Assembly (NCBI GenBank): GCA_036507075.1
Contig: DASXQR010000111.1
Location: 1 to 15,269, forward strand
Reading direction: 5' to 3'
DNA: 15,269 nucleotides
Source of the DNA: Acidobacteriota bacterium
GTDB lineage: Bacteria; Acidobacteriota; UBA6911; JACQSX01
A program made the translations under genes and the position numbers. The notes beneath the pieces are model-generated. The model did not search any database, was not told the DNA's origin, and saw only the letters and a list, made by a program, of their open reading frames with translations. Below, in pieces: positions 8,311 to 15,269 of this stretch; position 1 is the stretch's first letter, and the number at the start of each line of letters is the position of its first letter.

Positions 8311-8760
8311 TCAGGGTTGGCCGGGCTTTGTGGCCTTTTCTTCACGATCAACCAGCAGGCCGATGCGTGTCCAACCCGCATCGCGAGCCTTATTGACCAC
8401 TTCCACTACTTTTCCGTATTTGACGGCGATGTCACTGCGGACAAAAAGCGGCTTATCCGATGCTTTGGCCTGGGCGTCGGTAAGCTTTTCCTGCAGTTTA
8501 TCCTCGGCCACCTCCTCCGCGTTCAGATAAACCTTCTGATCACGGGTAAGCGAAATGGTGGTGGCATCTTCGTCTTTGGCGCCCACGGCAACCTGAGGAT
8601 TCTGGGCTTTCGCCATGTTAATGATGACGCCTTCCTGCAGCAGCGGCGTCGTGATCATGAAGATGATCAACAGCACCAGCATGATATCGGCCATCGGCGT
8701 GACGTTGATTTCAGACGTTACGCCGCTGATCCTGGATCCGGCACCACTAGACATTCCCAC
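8311..8760 (-). CDS. exbD: ExbD/TolR family biopolymer transport protein (first paralogue), 149 aa
   Basis: EINVTPMADIMLVLLIIFMITTP; FVRSDIAVKYGKVVEVV. The GTG start overlaps the exbB end (alternative ATG at 8754). Confidence 0.92.
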   Translation of the reverse strand: MGMSSGAGSRISGVTSEINVTPMADIMLVLLIIFMITTPLLQEGVIINMAKAQNPQVAVGAKDEDATTISLTRDQKVYLNAEEVAEDKLQEKLTDAQAKASDKPLFVRSDIAVKYGKVVEVVNKARDAGWTRIGLLVDREEKATKPGQP

Positions 8761-9433
8761 GGCGTTCTCTCATCTTCAAAAAGTAATCGATCAACTCAGA
8801 ACTCGAATTGTCCATCTCCACGATGAAGGATTCGATTTTGCCGGTGAAGTAGTTGTACATCCAGACGGCAGGCACGGCGACGAAAAGACCGAACGCAGTG
8901 GTAATCAGGGCCTCTGAAATCCCTCCCGCAACGGCCGCCAGTCCGGTGTCCTGGCCGGCGCTCATACCCGCGAAGGCATTGATGATACCGACCGTGGTGC
9001 CAAAGAGGCCCACGAAGGGAGCCGTGCTGCCTACAGTAGCCAGCGTTCCCAGACCCCGCTTCAATTCCTCAACGCCGATTGCCGTGGCCCGCTGCAGAGC
9101 CCGGCGGGAAGCCTCGATCGTCTCACCGGGAATGTCCTTCGCGTGACTGGTCGCATGTGCCTGGAATTCCTGCAATCCGGCGGAAACCACCCTGGCCAGA
9201 TGGCTTTTCTTGTGCTGATCCGCGATGCTGATTGCTTCATCAATGCGCCCTTCCTTGAGCGCCTGAGCCACGATAGGAGCAAAGTCCCGAGACTGCTGGC
9301 GAGCCTGGCGAAAAGTGATGAAACGTTCCACCATTACCCCAATCGACCAAACGGACATGATTGCCAGGACGACCACGACCGCCTTGGCCAAAAGTCCCAT
9401 CTGACCCCACATATGACCAATATCTACGCCCAT
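8747..9433 (-). CDS. exbB: MotA/TolQ/ExbB proton channel family protein, 228 aa
   Basis: LATVGSTAPFVGLFGTTVGIINAF and GISEALITTAFGLFVAVPA signatures; AGGAGGGG RBS at 9441-9448. Confidence 0.93.
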   Translation of the reverse strand: MGVDIGHMWGQMGLLAKAVVVVLAIMSVWSIGVMVERFITFRQARQQSRDFAPIVAQALKEGRIDEAISIADQHKKSHLARVVSAGLQEFQAHATSHAKDIPGETIEASRRALQRATAIGVEELKRGLGTLATVGSTAPFVGLFGTTVGIINAFAGMSAGQDTGLAAVAGGISEALITTAFGLFVAVPAVWMYNYFTGKIESFIVEMDNSSSELIDYFLKMRERRGNV

Positions 9434-9467
9434 TGAGTTACCCCTCCTGATGCAAAATGAACGAAAT

Positions 9468-10229
9468 CTACTTCAAAACAAACTGAACTGTGACTGTCGC
9501 GATGACCGAAACCGGCTCGGTATTGAGCAGCGTTGGAGAATAACGCCATTGTCTCACCGCGGAAACGGCGGCATCCCTCAGTAATTGATGACCGCTGATC
9601 ACCTTGATGTCAGCGACCGAACCGCTTTCACTCACCGTAACCTGGAGCACGACGTTTCCGGAAACGCGCGCCCGCTTGGCCAGCTCCGGATAAACCGGTT
9701 CCACCTTATTGATCAACTTCGACGCCTGGACATTTCCGCCGACGCGCAGCGGCTCTTTCTTTTCCGCCTTCGGGGGCGGCGGCGGGGGCGCGGGAGACGG
9801 AATACCGCCTATGACACCGCCTACAACTCCTCCGGGCACACCTCCTACCACTCCTCCGGGCACGCCTCCGGCGATTCCGCCGACCGATCCGCTCACCACG
9901 CTGGAAATATCAGGGACATCCTCGCGAACTTTCGGTATCTCTTTGGGAACTTCCGTCGGGACCTGGAATCCGGTGGCTCGAACCTCCTTGATTACTTGCG
10001 GAATCTTGGGAGCGCTTGCCGGAGGGGGCGGGGGGGGTGGCGGAGGGGGTGGCGGTGGGGCGGCGAGAAACGTAAGCAGTTCCGTTTCGGGCAGCGCCTG
10101 GTAGTAAATCAGGGGAATAATGATCAGGACCAGTATCACAACCGCATGAACCACCAGCGAGATGAACAGCGTGGTCGGCTTCTTGGTTGTTTCGCGGTTA
10201 GGAGAAGATTCCAGCAGATTATCAAACAT
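9468..10229 (-). CDS. tonB: Energy transducer TonB family protein, 253 aa
   Basis: TM anchor with S-x3-H (SLVVH), poly-Pro tracts, GGVPGGV repeats, and a C-terminal domain PVYPELAKRARVSGNVVLQVTV...QWRYSP. Confidence 0.92.
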   Translation of the reverse strand: MFDNLLESSPNRETTKKPTTLFISLVVHAVVILVLIIIPLIYYQALPETELLTFLAAPPPPPPPPPPPPPASAPKIPQVIKEVRATGFQVPTEVPKEIPKVREDVPDISSVVSGSVGGIAGGVPGGVVGGVPGGVVGGVIGGIPSPAPPPPPPKAEKKEPLRVGGNVQASKLINKVEPVYPELAKRARVSGNVVLQVTVSESGSVADIKVISGHQLLRDAAVSAVRQWRYSPTLLNTEPVSVIATVTVQFVLK

Positions 10230-10285
10230 CTATAATCCCTTTCCCTGTCTTGATTTATCCGGGGAGGAGTTGTTCGAACCGCGGG

Positions 10286-10314
10286 ATAGTACTACCCACC
10301 CCAAGTCAAGTCAA
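10286..10314 (-). promoter_or_regulatory. Predicted sigma70-type promoter of the tonB operon
   Basis: Minus strand TTGACT (10314-10309), 17 nt, TACTAT (10291-10286), about 56 nt upstream of the tonB ATG. Confidence 0.7.
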
Positions 10315-10351
10315 GACAAAATCGGCTTAGAAATTTCAACCCGGTGATTCC

Positions 10352-10360
10352 ATTGTAGCA
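10352..10360 (-). promoter_or_regulatory. Possible second, extended -10 promoter for the tonB operon
   Basis: Minus strand TGcTACAAT; no well-spaced -35. Confidence 0.35.
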
Positions 10361-10376
10361 CATTTATTTCAACAAC

Positions 10377-11561
10377 TTATGCGCGCTTCGCGACGGCTCT
10401 GCGCGCCGCCAGCATTGCCTGCCACCAGACCAGAATCGGAGAAGCAATCGCGATCGATGAGTAGGTCCCGACAAGAATTCCGACCACCAGCGCAAACGAG
10501 AAACCATTGAGCACTTCCCCGCCGAAAAAGTATAGCGCCGCCACCGAGAGAAATGTTAACCCCGATGTCGTCACGGTCCGATTCAGCGTCTGGTTGATGC
10601 TGGTGTTCACCACCGAACGCAGATCTTCACGACGCGCACCGCGCAGGTTTTCACGAATGCGATCAAATACGACGATTGTATCGTTGATCGAATAGCCGAC
10701 CAGCGTCAACAGGGCCGCAATCACGGTCAGTGAGATCTCTTTGCCTGTGAGTGAGAAAAACCCCAGCGTCAGGTACACGTCATGGAATAGCGCGATGATG
10801 GCCGCGATTCCGTAGATGAATTTGAACCGGAACGCGATGTAAACCAGCATTCCCAGTAGTGAAAACATGATGGCGTCGACGGCCCGGCGCTGCAGATCGC
10901 GGCCTACTTTTGGTCCGACACTCTCCGTGCTCAGGATTGTAAACGAACCGAGGTACGCTTCACGTTTGAGTCTTTCGATTACCGGTTGAGGAACATTGGC
11001 TTCCCGCAACTGGTCCATATTGTTGAATAGTCCGCCTTTCCGTGCGCGCAAGGCCAGGACACTCCGGGCCATCTGCAAGTAGTGATCGGCTGCGTCGGCG
11101 CGCCCTTTCAGTCCTTCCGGATCCCATTCTTTCAGCCGGAAAGCGAGCGCTTCGCTGCCCACGTTGTTCAGATCCATTGTGGCCGTACCGGCACTGGCGG
11201 GGTCAAAGGCCTTTCGCAGGGAATCGAAAATCGGCGTAGCTCCCCGCTCCAGATGCGTTGCGCTGTGCGGATCCAACTCGCCCAGTTTTATTTGAACCTG
11301 ATTCTTGCTGGGTTCGTCGTAGGCCGTCACCTCTTCGGCTTTAATGCCCGCAACCCGCAACGCTTCGCGGATGCGGTCGATTTGAGGCGACTGTAAGAAG
11401 CGCACATAAACCAGCGTGCCGCCCGTAAAGTCAACGCCCAGCTTTGGACCCTTCCTGGCATAGAGCGAAATCGTTCCGGCAAGCGTCATGAGCAGCGACA
11501 GCCCTATGAAAACCCATCTGAGGCCCATCCAGTCGATATTGACGTTCTTAAATAATTGCAT
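10377..11561 (-). CDS. secF: Protein translocase subunit SecF (394 aa, with a periplasmic insertion)
   Basis: LGVDFTGGT, ESVGPKVG, ALFHDV, LTLVGYSINDTIVVFDRIRE, SINQTLNRT, GTYSSIAIA. Confidence 0.97.
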   Translation of the reverse strand: MQLFKNVNIDWMGLRWVFIGLSLLMTLAGTISLYARKGPKLGVDFTGGTLVYVRFLQSPQIDRIREALRVAGIKAEEVTAYDEPSKNQVQIKLGELDPHSATHLERGATPIFDSLRKAFDPASAGTATMDLNNVGSEALAFRLKEWDPEGLKGRADAADHYLQMARSVLALRARKGGLFNNMDQLREANVPQPVIERLKREAYLGSFTILSTESVGPKVGRDLQRRAVDAIMFSLLGMLVYIAFRFKFIYGIAAIIALFHDVYLTLGFFSLTGKEISLTVIAALLTLVGYSINDTIVVFDRIRENLRGARREDLRSVVNTSINQTLNRTVTTSGLTFLSVAALYFFGGEVLNGFSFALVVGILVGTYSSIAIASPILVWWQAMLAARRAVAKRA

Positions 11562-11720
11562 CTTTTAAAAGCTCCCGTCTCGCCGGCCCAGGACCAATCC
11601 CGCCCGACGGCCCGGGAATGTGCCTTATCCAGCTTCTCCCTCCGGTCGCAGGCATGTTACGTCCCGGGCTGACCAGGAACAGCTCTAACTTAACGACAGC
11701 AAGGAAGCAAAAAAAGTTCC

Positions 11721-13313
11721 TTAGATAGAAAGTTTTTCTCCGCCTCGAAGATCCAGAAGAATGCCAAACATCGTCCGCGAGACAAAGACTGCGGCAAAAA
11801 TATTCGCGATCAGCCCGACAGCCAGGGTGACGGCAAAACCGCGAACGGGGCCGGTACCGAATTGGAACAGAAAGAAAGAGGAAATCAACGCGGTGACGTG
11901 CGTATCAATGATTGTGGAAAAAACCTTGTCGAAACCGGCTTCGATGGCCGCACGAACCGTCTTTCCCAGGCGGATCTCTTCCTTGATTCGCTCAAAAATC
12001 AACACGTTCGAATCGACCGCCATGCCGATCGTCAAAATGATTCCGGCTATGCCCGGCAACGTCAGGGTGGCGTGCGTTGCGCCCAGCACGGCCAGCAGGA
12101 GCATGAGATTGATAATCAGGGTGACGAACGCGTTCATCCCCGAAAACTTATAGATGACCAGAATTGCGCCCACCACCAGCGCCAGACCCACAACCGAAGC
12201 GTAGACGCCCTGTTTGATCGAATCGAGCCCCAGCGATGGACCGACAATACGGCGCTCCAGTATCTCAACGCGGGCCGGAAGCGCGCCGCTGCGCAGAATC
12301 AGGGCCAGATCGTCAGACTGTTGAATGGTAAATTGGCCCTCAATCTGCGCGCTATCCGAATCGATTTTGCCCTTGATCACCGGCGCCGACTTGATTTGCC
12401 GATCGAGAACGATGGCCAATCGCCTTCCCACATTATCCCCGGTGACCCGCGAAAACTTCTCCACACCGGCTGAATTGAGAAAAAAGTTCACATTCGGGTT
12501 GCCGTTGGAATCCTGCCCCCGCCTCGCGTTCTTCAGGTCCGCTCCGGTGATCGAGGCGCCGCGGCGAACTACCATGTAGCCTTCACGGTCTGAATTCTTC
12601 TCCCGGTAGGGAAGCACCTCGTAATCGCTGGGAATTGTGCCGCCGAAAGCACGGGCGGCATCCTGCGGGGTCGGATAGGGACCAGCCTTTTGATCTCCCG
12701 TTTCATCAACGTAGGGCAGGCGCAGTTCCAGTTTGGCGGCGGTCTTGATCAGGTCGATATAGCGCTCCGGATCATCCACTCCCGGCAGTTCCACTATGAT
12801 CTGGTCGGCCACGTCGCCCGACCCGTAGCGTTGAAGGTTGGGTTCAGCCACGCCCAGCGCGTCAACCCGGCTGCGCAGTGTCTCCAGGGCCTGCGACACG
12901 GCCTGGTCTTCAATCTGGCGCCTGGCCTGCGGAATGAGGCGCAGGCGATACTGCACGCCCGAAGCCTGGTAGTCGCTCTGGTAGGTGAATTGGGCGGCAA
13001 CGTTGCGATCGAAAATTTCGCGCATCGCCTGGTCTTTATCCCGGGGCACGCCCGAGACGATGATATCCAGATCCGAAACGGTGGCCGTGGCGCCCAGCAG
13101 GCTCTTGTTCTTGATCTCACTGTTCAGGTAATCCACGGTCTGATGGACTTCCGCCTCCAAAGCGTCGCGCGTGATAACCTGCAGCACCAGGTGAATTCCT
13201 CCCTGCAGGTCCAGCCCCAGGCTTATCTTTTTCTTGATGGGATGAAAGAAAAACACGCTGGCTGCCAAAACTGCCAGCGTGACTAGCAAACGATACAGGT
13301 TCTTCCGGCTCAT
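11721..13313 (-). CDS. secD: Protein translocase subunit SecD (530 aa)
   Basis: LGLDLQGG, RVDALGVAEP, IIVELPG, LAIVLD, LRSGALPA, VGPSLG, TLPGIAGIILTIGMAVDSNVLIFERIKEE, GPVRGFA. Confidence 0.98.
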   Translation of the reverse strand: MSRKNLYRLLVTLAVLAASVFFFHPIKKKISLGLDLQGGIHLVLQVITRDALEAEVHQTVDYLNSEIKNKSLLGATATVSDLDIIVSGVPRDKDQAMREIFDRNVAAQFTYQSDYQASGVQYRLRLIPQARRQIEDQAVSQALETLRSRVDALGVAEPNLQRYGSGDVADQIIVELPGVDDPERYIDLIKTAAKLELRLPYVDETGDQKAGPYPTPQDAARAFGGTIPSDYEVLPYREKNSDREGYMVVRRGASITGADLKNARRGQDSNGNPNVNFFLNSAGVEKFSRVTGDNVGRRLAIVLDRQIKSAPVIKGKIDSDSAQIEGQFTIQQSDDLALILRSGALPARVEILERRIVGPSLGLDSIKQGVYASVVGLALVVGAILVIYKFSGMNAFVTLIINLMLLLAVLGATHATLTLPGIAGIILTIGMAVDSNVLIFERIKEEIRLGKTVRAAIEAGFDKVFSTIIDTHVTALISSFFLFQFGTGPVRGFAVTLAVGLIANIFAAVFVSRTMFGILLDLRGGEKLSI

Positions 13314-13334
13314 CTATTCACAATTATCTTATGC

Positions 13335-13643
13335 TTAGGAGTTTTCTCCGGACTGAAGGCTCGAAACCGCATTTTTGGCAATTTCGATTTTTACCTGGTC
13401 GGAGACCTTCACCAGAAAAGTCTTGTCTTTGACAGCGGCGATGGTGCCGTAAATCCCGCCGGAAGTGATCACGCGGTCTCCCGATTTCAGGTTCGCGATC
13501 ATCACGTCCAACTTTTTCTGCCTGCCCTTCATCGGCCGAAAGACCAGGAAGTAGAAGATGACCGCGATCAGAATAATGGGCAGGAAGCTGATTATCGGGG
13601 ACTGCGCAGCACCCCCGGTCTGTTGTGCAAGTACCATGGGCAT
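13335..13643 (-). CDS. yajC: Preprotein translocase subunit YajC (102 aa)
   Basis: TM segment followed by FYFLVFRP, LKSGDRVITSGGIYGTI; canonical tgt-yajC-secD-secF order. Confidence 0.96.
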   Translation of the reverse strand: MPMVLAQQTGGAAQSPIISFLPIILIAVIFYFLVFRPMKGRQKKLDVMIANLKSGDRVITSGGIYGTIAAVKDKTFLVKVSDQVKIEIAKNAVSSLQSGENS

Positions 13644-13669
13644 TTCTTTCGGTCAGCTCAAAAAACTGA

Positions 13670-13678
13670 AGTATAACA
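13670..13678 (-). promoter_or_regulatory. Predicted extended -10 promoter for yajC-secD-secF
   Basis: Minus strand TGtTATACT, 26 nt upstream of the yajC ATG. Confidence 0.55.
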
Positions 13679-13680
13679 AA

Positions 13681-13722
13681 ATCCAAAGTCGAAGGTCCAA
13701 GGTCGAAAGTCAAAGGTTGAAA
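13681..13722. repeat. Degenerate 7-bp tandem repeat, 6 units (consensus GTCGAAR)
   Basis: ATCCAAA GTCGAAG GTCCAAG GTCGAAA GTCAAAG GTTGAAA. Confidence 0.8.
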
Positions 13723-13744
13723 GAAGTTTTCCACCAGCACAAAG

Positions 13745-13970
13745 GGGATGGAGGGATGGAGGGATGGAGGGATGGAGGGATGGAGGGATGGAGGGATGGA
13801 GGGATGGAGAGACGGGGGAGCAACTTCACTCTCCTCCCTCAGTCTCTCAGTCCCTCAGTCTCTCAGTCCCTCCATCCCTCAGTCCCTCCATCCCTCAGTC
13901 CCTCCATCCCTCAGTCCCTCCATCCCTCCATCCCTCAGTCCCTCCATCCCTCCATCCCTCAATCTCTCAG
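13745..13970. repeat. Opposed 8-bp tandem arrays forming a fold-back between tgt and yajC
   Basis: 8 perfect GGGATGGA units (13745-13808) plus 1 degenerate unit, a short spacer, then 17 TC(C/T)CTC(CA/AG/AA) units (13835-13970). The last unit contains the tgt stop codon. Confidence 0.95.
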
Positions 13971-15160
13971 ATGCCGGCATTGTAGTTCGACAGGAAATGT
14001 TGTTTGAACTCTGTGAAGCGCCGGGCGGCGATGCTTTGACGTATCTGCGCCATCAGGTTCAGATAAAAGTAAACGTTATGAACCGTGTTATAGACGCTCG
14101 ACAGGATTTCCCCTGCCATGAAAAGGTGTCTCAAATACGCGCGCGAGTAACGCCTGCAGACAGGGCACACGCACTCTTCGTCTACAGGGCGGCTGTCGCC
14201 GGCATGACGGGCGTTTTTAATGGAAAGCCTTCCTTTGCTGGTAAACAGATATCCGTTGCGCGCGTTGCGGGTAGGGAGAACGCAATCAAACATGTCGATT
14301 CCCAGCGCCACGCAGTGAAGCAGGTCCGCAGGAGTCCCAATCCCCATCAAGTAACGCGGCGCATGCATCGGCAGCAGCTCCCCACATTGAGCCGTCACCT
14401 CATACATGACCTGCTTCGGCTCGCCTACGCCCAACCCGCCGATTCCGTACCCGGGAAAATCCAATTCCTGCAGAATGTCCATTGATTGGGCCCGCAGGTC
14501 GGCGTAAATGCTTCCCTGTACGATGCCGAAAAGCGCCGGTTCGGATAGCGGCTCCGTCAGATCCAATGCCATACTTCTCTCTGCGCCCGCCCCAGATGCC
14601 GCTTCACCGGAGGGGTATGCCGGATGCAACCGGCAGTATTCCTTGCAGCGCCTTGCCCAACGCAGTGTCAGCGCCAGCGATTGCGCTGCTTCAAAATAAG
14701 TCGCCGGATAGCTGGTGCACTCATCAAGCACCATCATGATGTCAGCGCCCAGATTCCTCTGGACCTGCATCGATTTTTCAGGAGTAAAAAAATGTTTCGA
14801 TCCATCCAAATGGCTGGAGAACCACGCTCCCTCATCGGCCGTGGAAATCAGCTCTCGCTGGCTGAAAATCTGGAAACCTCCGCTGTCGGTCAGAATGGGA
14901 AAGTGCCAGGACATGAATTTGTGCAGTCCTCCCAATGCCGCAATCAGCTCGTCTCCGGGACGCAGATAAAGATGATAGGTGTTGGCCAGAATGATCTGTG
15001 TCCCAAACGATTCCAAATACTCATGCGGCAGGGCTTTCACGGTTGCAGCGGTTCCGACCGGCATGAACACCGGAGTTTCCACAGTCCCATGCGCCAGCGT
15101 CAGCCGCCCCAGACGGGCGCGGCTTTGACTGTCAGCCGTCAGAAAGTCAAAAAAGGGCAT
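13967..15160 (-). CDS. tgt: Queuine tRNA-ribosyltransferase (tRNA-guanine transglycosylase), 397 aa
   Basis: TPVFMPVGT, NTYHL, TDSGGFQ, LDEC, FGIVQG, GGLGVGE, YLMGIG, DCVLPTRNAR, Zn site CVCPVC...H. Confidence 0.98.
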   Translation of the reverse strand: MPFFDFLTADSQSRARLGRLTLAHGTVETPVFMPVGTAATVKALPHEYLESFGTQIILANTYHLYLRPGDELIAALGGLHKFMSWHFPILTDSGGFQIFSQRELISTADEGAWFSSHLDGSKHFFTPEKSMQVQRNLGADIMMVLDECTSYPATYFEAAQSLALTLRWARRCKEYCRLHPAYPSGEAASGAGAERSMALDLTEPLSEPALFGIVQGSIYADLRAQSMDILQELDFPGYGIGGLGVGEPKQVMYEVTAQCGELLPMHAPRYLMGIGTPADLLHCVALGIDMFDCVLPTRNARNGYLFTSKGRLSIKNARHAGDSRPVDEECVCPVCRRYSRAYLRHLFMAGEILSSVYNTVHNVYFYLNLMAQIRQSIAARRFTEFKQHFLSNYNAGI

Positions 15161-15170
15161 CGACTCTAAA

Positions 15171-15269
15171 TTACGGGTTTGCGCGTTGCGGGTTTGCGCA
15201 TTGCGCGTTGGAAAGTCGAAAGTCCCACCAGCCAGGCTGGTGGGACTTTCGACTTCCCAACGCGCAATG
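15171..15269. repeat. Tandem TT(G/A)CG(C/G)G units leading into a near-perfect 71-bp palindrome, truncated by the window end
   Basis: Two 15-bp repeats at 15171-15200. Arms 15199-15233 and 15235-15269 (35 bp, 1 mismatch, 1-nt centre) contain AAAGTCGAAAGTC. Confidence 0.9.

Noticed and set aside
9771..10065. G-rich tracts (including G8 at 10030-10037) and 12/24-bp repeats in tonB as a phase-variation or repeat element
   Set aside because: They are explained by the poly-Pro and GGVPGGVV linker coding typical of TonB proteins; the frame is intact.
10230..10376. Fur box upstream of tonB
   Set aside because: No GATAATGATAATCATTATC-like 19-mer is visible.
13558..14485. ORFs with MEGWRDGG and PSIPQSLH peptide repeats
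   Set aside because: They are stop-free readings of the 8-bp arrays, open in several frames and antisense to tgt/yajC.

Overview
A bacterial housekeeping region, moderately GC-rich. Gene order and protein style suggest Acidobacteriota (inference). The minus strand carries tgt-yajC-secD-secF, then a Ton-type motor operon (tonB-exbB-exbD-exbD-TPR lipoprotein), a long bifunctional RelA/SpoT homologue, and further left thiolase, 3-hydroxybutyryl-CoA dehydrogenase and recA. The plus strand carries rpmB-ridA and possibly a 36-aa membrane peptide. There is no transposase, integrase, rRNA, tRNA or CRISPR array. The unusual signal is non-coding. Most large intergenic gaps hold inverted repeats built from short-period (7, 8, 8-9 bp) tandem units. 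These include two ~153-bp hairpin elements with compensatory stem changes and a conserved loop that bracket the rel gene in opposite orientation, and a 226-bp purine/pyrimidine fold-back array between tgt and yajC. Both window ends fall inside palindromes. At protein level, SecF has a ~70-aa periplasmic insertion resembling a ComEA/PsbU/GspK-type helical domain. All calls come from reading motifs by eye; no searches were run.
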